Of a stretch of 64,000 nt of DNA, positions 53,135-64,000 are shown in pieces. Under the pieces are notes generated by a model that did no database searches, had not been told where the DNA came from, and was given only the letters and a program-made list of their open reading frames with translations. This DNA comes from Utricularia gibba (Eukaryota; Plantae; Magnoliophyta), in assembly GCA_002189035.1 (NCBI GenBank), contig NEEC01000016.1:682001-746000 (forward strand). The letters are read 5' to 3'. The first letter of the stretch is position 1. Every line of letters starts with the position of its first letter. A program made the position numbers and the translations under genes.

Positions 53135-54644
53135 TTATTCGAGGAAGACGCGGGGATCATCTACGCCGTTCAAAGTATCGGCGGCATCGTCGCCTTGGAT
53201 CCAACCGTACTTCTTCAGGAAGGGATTGGTGAGATCCTTCTTGGGGAAACTGTCGATCATCCCTTTCCAGATGCTGTGTTCTCCGTCCAGGTCGCGAACG
53301 ACTTCCCAGAGGCAACTGTTGCATTTGAACCCGGCGCCGAAGCTGATCATCAGCACCCTGTCGCCTTTCTTCAGCCTCTTCTTGGCTTCCATGTAGGCGA
53401 GGACGTACCAGAGGCTGCTCGCCGACGTGTTCCCGAATCGGTGGAGGGTCATCCTCGCCGGCTCCACGTCGTACTCGGAGAGTCCGAGGCTCTGGGACAC
53501 CGCGTCGATCACCGCCTTGCCGCCGGTGTGTAGGCAGAAATGATCCACTCCCTTCTTGAAGTTAATGGTGGGACGCGCCCAGCCTGAAAGTTACAGTTGT
53601 AGGAGTAATGAGGGGTTGATTTTCACAGCCTGTACAAGAGTCAAATAATAAGGAAAACGAACCGGGGCCGGCAGCAGCTGCTTTGTTCCACTTCTGAGCA
53701 GCTTTGCGGGCCAGATGGAGGAATGAGAAGCGGAGGAGCTCGGAAATGGGGAGGATTCTGGGGCTGATTTCCTTCAAGTTGTCGACGAAGGCTTTGGTGG
53801 CAGCTTTGGGGAGGTTCTTCCCCAGGAAGAATCCGACGCGGCCGGTGTCGTCCTCCTTCTGCAAACAGCACCCATAGGACTCGTCCTTGGCGCCGTGATG
53901 CGTTCTGACCAGGCACTTGAGCTTCAGCAACGCTTTCTTCTTCAGGGAGGGCTTATTGGTGAGAATCATTGCGCAGCCGCCGGTACGGAAGAGGCAATTG
54001 GCGAGGATCATGGATCTGTCCTTGCCGGTGTACCAGTTGAGGGACAAGGACTCGGAAGTGATAACCAGCGCCTGCACATTTTTCCGGCTCTTGAAAATGC
54101 TCTGCACCGCGTTTATCGAAATCAAGCTGGCGCTGCACCCCATTCCCGTCAAATTGTACACCTTCACATCCTCCCGCATCTTGTAATGATTGATAATCCG
54201 GGCCGACAGCGACGGCGCTGTCGCTAACATGGAGACGTTCACGACGAGGATATCGATCTCAGACGCCCGAATCCTGCTCCGATCCAAAAGCTTCTGCACA
54301 CTATCAACGAAAAACTCGTCCATCTCGCGGAGCGCGTCCGCAATCGCGGCCCCGTCTTCCCGGGACTCAAACACCATCGACGGCGCGTAGGTCTCCTCAC
54401 CCATCCCGGAACCCACCACAGATTTCAGCAGAAACTTATACTCGTCCATCCCCAGAAGCTTGTTCCTCAGAATGACCTCCCCGCAGATCCTGGTGGTGAG
54501 CTTCCTCTCCGCCGGCGGCATGTAGCATTCGTAGTCAAGAAGGTAGCATTCTCCGTGCCTCTTCCTCTCCAGCATCCGCCATAGGAGCAACCCCAAGGGA
54601 AGGAGGGCGATGCAGTAGACAAGAAGAGACAACCAAAATGCCAT
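53135..54644 (-). CDS. KCS: 3-ketoacyl-CoA synthase, KCS3/12/19 clade (exons 54644-53663, 53583-53135)
   Basis: Catalytic Cys ([10 protein letters not shown]), His ([11 protein letters not shown]) and Asn (RFGNTSASS). A 79-nt GT-AG intron joins the two ORFs in phase 1. Confidence 0.94.
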
Positions 54645-54804
54645 TGCCGTAGAACACACACACACAAATTCGAGCTGTGTGGTGGAGATAAGTGCCAGTT
54701 AGAGCGGGGAGGGGTATTTTAAGACAGCCCTGTTGACCCACTCAGACTCTTTCTAACAGCTGGATTAGACTCAGAAAACTAATGCACTGTGCTGTAAATA
54801 TTTA

Positions 54805-54927
54805 AATTTATTTTTACTTTTTAAAAAATAAAAATAATTTTATTCTATAACAATATCAATTATAAAAATAATTTCATTAAAATTAACTTTAAAATTATTC
54901 TATAAAAATTATTTTTAGAAAAAATAA
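54805..54927 (+). repeat. AT-rich direct repeat, family C copy 1
   Basis: aatttatttttactttttaaaaa(a)taaaaataattttattcta...tataaaaattattttt is repeated at 56153-56259. Confidence 0.6.
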
Positions 54928-55145
54928 TTAATAATTTACTTTTACATCTATTTCAAGTTTTTCATTTATTTATTTAGTTAAAAAAAGTAACTTTACATTT
55001 ATTTTACAGTTTTCTATAAATATTTACAATCTTTTTCTATTTATATCAATGATTTTTAATTCTCTAAAGTATTTTGAAGAAATAAAAATAAACTCTATAA
55101 ATTTTCCAGAAAGTTACTTAAATCTTTATTTGGATCATTTAAAAA

Positions 55146-55469
55146 ATTTGGTCACTCTCATATTCGTTATTATATATTAATTTTATATTATAAATGATCA
55201 ATTTTCAATGAGAGTGGAGTCAAATTTCTAATATGTATCACTTTCTCTCCATTTTCAAAAAATATAAATTTATCCGCCACCTTTTTTAATTCACCCAATT
55301 CAAATTTGGTCACTCTCATATTCTTTATTATGTATTAATTTAAAAATTTTATATTATAAATGATCAATTTTCAATGAGAGTGGAGTCAAATTTCTAATAT
55401 GTATCACTTTCTCTCCATTTTCAAAAAATATAAATTTATCCACCACCTTTTTTAATTCACCCAATTCAA
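55146..55469 (+). repeat. Recent tandem duplication (158 + 166 bp units)
   Basis: Units 55146-55303 and 55304-55469 both run atttggtcactctcatattc...ttaattcacccaattcaa. They differ by a few substitutions and an 8-bp indel. Confidence 0.9.
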
Positions 55470-56152
55470 TTTTGTTGTCTCATTCAGAAAAATTTCTTTT
55501 TTTCTATTTTAGAACCTTAAAATTTAATCCTTTTGATTTTTTGAATGGGTCAAATAAAACAGAGCATCAACTCATTATTTACTACAACTACCGTACTCTG
55601 TCTTGTTTATTATCCAAATAGTAATAATGAGGAAAAAGGGTGATTGGTGGGCAGTCAGACAGGCAGATGAGAACCGGGATACGTCTCATGTGGGGCCCAC
55701 CCCGTAGCCGTGTCCGCCGCGGGAGGACACCCCACATTCAAAAATCATTATTCACCATCCGACTTGCGTTGAATTCTTAGGAGAAAAAAAGGAATCGCGC
55801 AGAGAGGGGGGGCCGTTATTAGGTGGCGGTTATTACCGGGAATGAATGCGGACAGAGGGACTGTCCACACAAGCAATTTGTGTTGGGAGACGGATAGCAC
55901 ATTTAACCACAACATTCCCTTGCCCTAACACGACACCCGGATACGTTGCGAACGTCGTCGTTTTCGTGGTCCGTTGGGGGTTACGACACGCCATGACATG
56001 AATGCCCCCCCCACTCAACTTCTACCCTCCCGCCGCCCCCACGCGCATTTGGAAGGAGACTCTTTCCCCGGGGGTAAAATAGGCAAATACAAATTCACTT
56101 AGAATTCTTTTGATATTAGATATTATTCAGCTGTGTTATGTAAAATTTTTTG

Positions 56153-56259
56153 AATTTATTTTTACTTTTTAAAAATAAAAATAATTTTATTCTAGAACAC
56201 TATCAATTGTATAAATAATTTTGAAATTGTACTATAAAAATTATTTTTGAAAAAGTAAT
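56153..56259 (+). repeat. AT-rich direct repeat, family C copy 2
   Basis: Matches 54805-54927. Confidence 0.6.
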
Positions 56260-56344
56260 GAGTATGTTACTTTTTAAGTATTATTTATATTCCTCTAAAA
56301 TAAATTTGAACAGTAAACATAGGTTCTAATTTTTCAAAACACTG

Positions 56345-56532
56345 ATTTAGTATGCTTAAATATAGTGTAATTAAATATATATATATATATAATCAATTAT
56401 ACATAATTTCAAAAATAGAAGTTTGAGTGTATGAATTGTATAAATATATAATTAATTCTCTCCTTTTCCATTTGTGTATATCAATTATATGATTAAGAAA
56501 TGAGTATGTGATTAGTATAATTATATAATACT

Positions 56533-56587
<55 letters not shown>

Positions 56588-56660
56588 TAATTAATCAAAC
56601 AACGGTTTTGTGTGTAAATGTAGATATAAATCTTTTATATTATATTATAAAACACCATCT
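56345..56660 (+). repeat. AT-rich dispersed repeat, family A copy containing an expanded (TA)n
   Basis: Collinear with 25090-25340. Confidence 0.55.
56536..56585. repeat. (TA)n microsatellite, about 24 units
   Basis: Uninterrupted TA dinucleotide run. Confidence 0.95.
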
Positions 56661-59220
56661 TAATAATTTTCTTCTTTTTTATATTTACACTAAAAACATG
56701 GAAAGGTATAATTATTATTTTTAAATATATTTTAATTATACAGCCAAACACACCATGTGGATTTCAGGGAACCATACATGAAAGGTGCGTGCTTTGGAAT
56801 TAACAAGATATTGTTTATTAGGTATTTTTAATATAATAAAGATAAGATTTGGTAATTTAATCCCTTCACGAGATGAGATGAGATGAGAAGAAGGTCACTC
56901 TCCCTCATCGCCTAACCGTTGCTTACATAATAGTAATAAGGACGGGGGGCGCCGCCCCAATCGAGGTTGCATAGGACGGACACCAGGCCCCCTCCCAAAT
57001 GACTTCCATACAATCATAACTTCAACACACATATAAATATAAATATAAATAAATAAATATATATATATATAGAATGACGAAATGTCTAAAAGAGATAGAA
57101 TATAAGATCAAATGTTTGATAACGATATCCAATATTAGTTATACATAAGAGCATCTTTAGTGATTTTCATAAATGACGGTATGGATTTCCAGAAATCACT
57201 TTTATTTTTACGGAAATTATTTTTATTATGGGTTATATACTGGAAAAATCATTTTAATGAAACAACGGAAGCCAAAAACGAGTAAAAATGTTCTAAGAAA
57301 GATGATATATTTAAATAGATTGATTTTTTTGATATTATATAAGGTGTTTTTTTTTCTAAAAAATGATAATATAAAACCATAAGTATTAAATATTTGAAAT
57401 GTACAATATCGTATAATAAAAGAGAAATGAGGAAGAGCATAGCATTTGGTATTTGAACCATTTAATAATAAAAGATGTTGATTGTATAAATGGGAAAGAA
57501 TATAAGATTAGATGTTTAGTGATAGTATTTCACATTGATCGTAGATAAAAGAGTTTGCATGTTTAAATATAATAATTTTCCTATATTATTATTAAGGTTG
57601 ATGTAGTGACGAGCCTAATTGCGACTCTGCTGATAATTAATATCGCCTTTAACGGGCGCTAAACCAATGTTTATAAATAAACACGGCAACGTGCCCCTTG
57701 AGTCGTGAGTGCACCTACATCCTGGCGGAGGTGACGTGTACCTCTGTGGGCCCAGTCCTCTGAATTAAATACTTTTTAAAAAGTCAAAACCCGTCTACTG
57801 CGGTTGATGGATTTGTCCGCTGGGAGTTGACTCCGACGATCCGTGGACCAGCGGCTTATACGGCGGACACTCATTCCCTGCTGACGTGGAAATTCTTTTA
57901 TTACATTTTTTTATATATGGTAAGAAGTTACGTGAAGCGAGGGAAGGGTAAGCGACGCGGTGGACCATGCGGTGTCCGACACGGAGCATGTGACGGGTGT
58001 CTGGGGAAATGAAAGACTGTAATTTGCCTGGACAAAAAAGCCCTACGTTCTTCTCGGTAGATATTTCCAGTTGTGTGATACTTCACTGCTTCGCTTCGAT
58101 GTAAATATCTTTCTGAATTTGATCTGAATCACAACCAGAATTAATTACTACTCATAAAAATAATAATAGTTAATTATTGCTGTAAGGTAATTTAAAATTA
58201 AAAAATAAATGAATTATTTTTCATTTTAAAATCATCCTACATGAAATAAGTAACCCATGTGTCCCATGCGCCTCCTCGTCCACTCTTCATGTTTTTTTAA
58301 AATTAGATTTGATATATTTTTTATTTATTAATGAGTATCGATTGAATTTTTATATACTGAATTGAAACGAAGAATAAAAAAATTTTAATTTTTTTATAAA
58401 TATTATTGAATACAATCCAAAAAATTATTGATTTGAATTGAAATAGTGGTCTCTCGTCTTTTAATGTACATGTTACTGCTCTCGAGGGCATTATGGCACT
58501 TGGATCTGCTATGGTTGACCAAAAACGACGTCGTCTATCTGGGGCCATGTTTTCGCGTGACAAGGAGAATGGGCCTGGGCCCATTTGTAACGGTGTGGAG
58601 GAATATAGTTTTAAATATAGCGTGATTTATAAATTTAAATATGAAATATATTTGGTATATAAATTGTTTACCATTATCTGAAATATTAATTTAATTTAAT
58701 ATATCGAATATTAATAGTAAATAAATACACCTTTAAAAATAAATTTAAATTGTCTCTAGACTCCAGTCCATTTTCGACTGGCGCGTTGTCTCGCTCGCCT
58801 GACATGGGCATCGCTCTGGGGATGCCTTTTTCCGATGTGCTGCCGGAATGTGCGCCCATCGGCGTCTCTGTCGAGACTTCCGGTGGTAAGTTCCAGTCTG
58901 TTTCGTCAGGATGGTTCCCGATTGTTCCAATTATGCTGGCCTTTTGCAACAAAATCCCTCTCACGAGGGCTCATATTTCTGATGGATCTATGATACGCTT
59001 TGGTCAAAGCAGCAATATGTATTTTGTTTGTAACCCGAGTTGGGGGAGAACTGCGCAATCCCGTTGCTCGGGGCCGCCTGCGCCGCCATGGGATGGATTG
59101 GTGCTTTTGTTTCAGAGGAGATGGGATGACTACATTGGATTCAGTTTGAAAGATCGGGGGAGTGTCAAAGCAAAACTGATATAACATAGTAAAAAAGGAT
59201 GGGGAATTGGAGTGTCCTGA

Positions 59221-61080
59221 TCAGCGTCTTCTGGATTCCGCCGAGGCGGATCTCCCCGACGTCGTCCCCGCGGCGCTCCCGTTGCCGGAAGTGGGAAAGA
59301 AGAGATCCGACAAGTAGTTATCCAGGTCCTCGGGGGCGTACCGGACAATGGGATCCTCCCAAGAGCCCAAACCCTTTTTGCTCCTGTGCTTCTCATAGAA
59401 AGCCCGATAGACAGGAATCAACAGCTTGGCAAGAGATATCTTGACGCGGTCACGGGTTTCCGGGTCGGGTATGACCCAGGAAGTCTGGTGTCTGTATGCT
59501 TCCTCGAAGTTCTGGTTGAACTGCCTGAAGTGGTGCTTCACTTGGTCAAGGGGAATCTCCGCCGTCGGATTAGAAGGCAGGGAGGAGATCACCTTCGCCC
59601 AGCCCATCCTCTCGTAGTTGGCCAGGAAGCGGTTTACTTTGGACCGGTGTTGCCAGATCCAATCGGCTCCCAACACCAGGCCCAGGTTTGAAGAACGTAC
59701 CTTCGAAACGACGTAGTTTAGGTTGTTCGCGAGGAAAAGGTAGGATAATGCGACGTTGTCGTAAGCGGTCGCCTTGCCGTCGAGTTTGCAGAGGAGGAGG
59801 AGAATCAGCCACCCGATGCGGGCGGTGATGGACGCTGCAGAAGGATCCTCCCCACCGCCGGCGGTGGGGCTTGAGAAGTGGCGCTCGGGAAGAGTATGCG
59901 GGTTTACCGGACAGTCGGAGATTATATCGGACAGGGATCCGGTGTAGTCGCCTAGAAAGATGAGGAAGTTCATCACGTAACGAGTGAGAGGATGGACGCC
60001 GCCTCCGGGAAACATCTTCGAGTTGTCTTTCTGAATCGCCGCCTCCAATTGGGCGAGCATAGTTCCCACTGCCTCCGCAAGTGTCACCAGAGCCGCCTCC
60101 GCAGTCACCTTCACCGGGGACAGGGATTCGTGCCAAAATATGGTTTCAATATCCGGCGACAACTCCGATATCGCGTCGTAGAGGTCCAGAGCACGAAACA
60201 TCTTCTCTGGAGACAGAATTTTCTTGCTCTTCCCGAAGTTATCGGCGAAGGTAAACAAATTTACTGCCGCGTCTTTACAGATCTCTGCGAAGCAGGATTC
60301 AGCTATCCTTTCCGATGAAGCGAAAACGGTTTCGCAGAATATCTTCTCTCCTAGAAAAAGCGTTTTCACAGCGATCTTCACCGCGTGAAGCCATTTCCGG
60401 ATTTTCACTTCCAGAGCATCCCATTCCATTTTCTGCATCTGAGAATGATTCAATTTCTCCACACCTAAATAATGCATAGCCTCATCTACGATGGATTTCC
60501 TGACGACTTTGTAGATCTTAACGCATTCCTTCGCATAGCCACAGCTAATCATACACTCCGCGATGCTTCTGAGATCCGACATCGCAACATCCACCGCTCT
60601 CTCAGTACTAGCATCCGAACTCCCAGGTCTCGGCGGCGTTCTTGGCGGCGTTGCGCCGGACTCCTCCTCGGAAGCTTCGTCTTCGTTGTAGTCCGAGACG
60701 CTGGACTTAAAGGACGCGCGAGTAGAGCGACGGGAGAGTGAATCTGTGTCAAGATTCTTCCTGTTTGCAGACAGAATAACATGGAACTCCTTCTCCAGCC
60801 TCCTAATCGCAATCGGCATCAATTTCTGAGCCCTAATTAGGTTATCAGAACTGCGGTGACCGTGCTTCGAGTTCAGATACTCTCTCATGGAGTGATGCAA
60901 ATTCGTAACTACCTCCAGAAACCTCCTGGCTTCCTCCCTGTCCCCGAAGAAGAGCGGCGAGAATCGCTCCTCATGCTGCAAGTCCCATTTTCCGATCACC
61001 GATTCCGCGACGACGATGTCCTCCGGCTTCAAAGCAGGAGATTCTCTGTTGTCGCCGTGCAAAACCGAACCCCCCTTCAT
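59221..61080 (-). CDS. EXO70H: Exocyst subunit EXO70, H clade (intronless)
   Basis: AIRRLEKEFHVILS, LRSIAECMISCGYAKECVKIYKVVRKSIVDE, GGVHPLTRYVMNFL, LSYLFLANNLNYVVSKV and W.IPDPETRDRVKIS...VRYAPEDLDNYLSDLF. Confidence 0.95.
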   Translation of the reverse strand: MKGGSVLHGDNRESPALKPEDIVVAESVIGKWDLQHEERFSPLFFGDREEARRFLEVVTNLHHSMREYLNSKHGHRSSDNLIRAQKLMPIAIRRLEKEFHVILSANRKNLDTDSLSRRSTRASFKSSVSDYNEDEASEEESGATPPRTPPRPGSSDASTERAVDVAMSDLRSIAECMISCGYAKECVKIYKVVRKSIVDEAMHYLGVEKLNHSQMQKMEWDALEVKIRKWLHAVKIAVKTLFLGEKIFCETVFASSERIAESCFAEICKDAAVNLFTFADNFGKSKKILSPEKMFRALDLYDAISELSPDIETIFWHESLSPVKVTAEAALVTLAEAVGTMLAQLEAAIQKDNSKMFPGGGVHPLTRYVMNFLIFLGDYTGSLSDIISDCPVNPHTLPERHFSSPTAGGGEDPSAASITARIGWLILLLLCKLDGKATAYDNVALSYLFLANNLNYVVSKVRSSNLGLVLGADWIWQHRSKVNRFLANYERMGWAKVISSLPSNPTAEIPLDQVKHHFRQFNQNFEEAYRHQTSWVIPDPETRDRVKISLAKLLIPVYRAFYEKHRSKKGLGSWEDPIVRYAPEDLDNYLSDLFFPTSGNGSAAGTTSGRSASAESRRR

Positions 61081-62887
61081 TCCGCCAGATGAAATTGACT
61101 GAATCTGAATTCCGAACAGGATGAAAAGAAAAAAATCAAAGGCTTATGGAGGCAAGGGATCCCCTGGATCCACCTTTATATCCAAGCGGATGAGGACGCG
61201 TGATGGTGTAAAAGTCTGGGGCAACTGTGGGCCCTCTGTCAAAAATGAAATGCAAGAGTGTGGGCCCATATGCTGACCTGTCCAAAACCAACGATACAAA
61301 ACTCTCGATGATTTTGATGTCGTTTTTATCATGGTTTAATTAATACAATTTCAATTTTTCTAGGAACAAAAGACTAAGACCCACGATTCAGCTAAGGCTT
61401 GACGCAAACCTAACCTCCATCATTATTGTTAAGAAAAATACAAAAATAATTTTATGATATAGAATATATAAATGCAGATGCATGAATTGGTTGATTCAAA
61501 GATTTGATTGTATATATTCATGATTTGAGAAATTATAGTTATAATTTTAATTTATAATATTTAAATTATATTAAATTATTTTTAAAATTATAAACTAAAA
61601 TAAATTTTAATAAAAAATTCAATATTCATAAAAAATAAATAAAAATTAAAATGATAACTAATAAATGATGATTATTTGACTTTAAATGATGAATAACCAT
61701 AGCAATTGATAAGTGATTATGGAATAATCTAGATAAAGATTGACTTAATATGAGAAAATAAATATTTAGTATTAAAATTATTAAAAACCAACATAGGCCT
61801 AATCTGCACCGGATTGGTTGCACCTGCGTACCCGGTGCGCCGATTCCAACTAATCCATGATTCCAAATTATGATTAAAATTTATTATTCTAATTTTTAAA
61901 TACCATTGTCTCGGAAGCCACTGGATTGCTGTTGGTCAAAGGAGAAGACGCGGTCGAAGACTTTTCAGTCAAACGTAGCGTTCGTTTTTTTTTTTTTTTG
62001 TTTTTGAATTTTTCACTTTGATATCTTCCTTTGACTGCTGGGAGGTTGTTTTTGACGGGTTCACAAAACCGTTTTTATTTATTTACACATTAATAATGTG
62101 AATATTACGAGAAACTATTGTTGGGCTGGGGACTGATTAGTTGATAATATCTAAAAAATCACATTAAATCAATTATGAATTATTATTGCCGTATATTAAT
62201 TTAAATCATGATTAAATTTAATAATTTTTTATAAGTAAATATATTGAAATTTAAAAAAAAAATAATGAAGGATTCAATAATGATGCATGCATGTAAACCA
62301 TTCACCATTTTTTTGAAAAACAATCATCCTTACATTATCTCTCACACATTAAGATCAAAATTTTATATATAGGATAATTATTTTCATATATAGTAATAAT
62401 AGGATGGTTAATTTTCTAAATTAACGAAATTAATATATTCTCGTAGGTGTGGGGTCCGCAACACAGGGGGCAATGCCAGCTGTCCGGCGGTGGACTGGAC
62501 TACAATACAATGGATGTGGGCTGGGCGGGTGTGAAGGGGCAGTCGTGTAATCTGGTCATTTTTTGGCTTTCGAGTGGTGACAGTGGCTCGACGAACCCTA
62601 GTGGTAAATTCGGAGAGGTAAATTCGATCGTGATTCTTGTCCCGTCGGGTTTTGTACTTTTGAGTTGGTTTCGGGTTTCTTTGGTGATAGAGTATGCGTT
62701 TGGAGGCAGGATTGCACCGTTTTTTTTTTTTTGAATCGCATTTTTTATGGAGGCCTTGGATTCCGGCACTTCGGTGGAATGATAACGTGATATGGGTTTT
62801 TCATGTTTGTATTTGGGGCGGGGTGGAGAATGCAGTTCATTTGAATAAAGATTGTATTCTGAAAGCAGGTTTCTCAGCTGGAATTGA

Positions 62888-63500
<613 letters not shown>

Positions 63501-63865
63501 GCTTCATTACAATGGCGGTAGCAGTTTGATTTTGTTCACAGTTTGAGGGATTGTCTACGCGTGCTGATTGAACATTTGGCTTTTGTTTCATTCTCTGAAT
63601 TGCTGGGAAACGTTTTTGAACTGCTCATTAGCTTGAGAATGCAAATCATGCCAGACAACTGCTGGCTTTTCCTTGCAAAGTGGTATGCATTCACAGGAAC
63701 ATAATCTTGTGCATTCAACAATGGATCCCGTGCCAGAAGCAGTTAACACAACTCGACACACCAATTGGAAAAATCAAGAACATGGATTGATGCAGTGATG
63801 GTCTCCACAACCACAAACATCGATTTTTATTGAACCAGAGAAGTTACCAGTGTCGGATGTATGTC

Positions 63866-63975
63866 TCAGCCTCTCAAGGAAGCAGCAGCACCTCCCTTTG
63901 ATAGATCCTCAAGCGCCTTGGATATCTGCTCTTCGCTCAGCCCCTCCAACCGTACTTCTCGCTCGACACCCATGT
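63866..63975 (-). CDS. NDUFA2: Last exon of complex I subunit NDUFA2 / B8 (gene continues beyond the window)
   Basis: After an AG acceptor at 63977-63976 it reads (D)MGVEREVRLEGLSEEQISKALEDLSKGGAAASLRG*, matching the B8 C-terminus. Confidence 0.82.
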
Positions 63976-64000
63976 CTGTGTAAGAAAGACAGCATCCATG

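Overview
Gene-dense window of a compact eudicot (angiosperm) nuclear genome, with short introns and AT-rich spacers. A compact-genome asterid such as Lentibulariaceae is a guess only. I reconstructed about 21 protein-coding genes by hand. In order they are: GATA TF, S40/DUF584, Pro-rich membrane protein, IDD zinc finger, SYP7 syntaxin, PPR, adenylate kinase 6, 27-exon tRNA ligase RNL, tRNA-splicing endonuclease SEN2, Dof, BTB/POZ, mitochondrial enoyl reductase, peroxisomal QOR-like, NFRKB, ferrochelatase 1, RPP30, histone H4, ER Ca-ATPase, KCS, EXO70H, RPS15A and the last exon of NDUFA2. There is also a decayed RPL12 pseudogene and three families of AT-rich dispersed repeats. No rRNA, tRNA, CRISPR or intact transposase/retroelement ORF was seen. 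The most interesting biology is that both enzymatic halves of plant tRNA splicing (ligase RNL and endonuclease SEN2) sit head-to-head across a 1.2-kb structured interval, next to other RNA-processing genes. The main caveat is that five conserved genes (six sites) are frameshifted, and each site is repaired by adding one base, mostly plausibly at a short G/C run. This looks like long-read homopolymer error rather than biology. Arabidopsis comparisons are from memory and were not searched.
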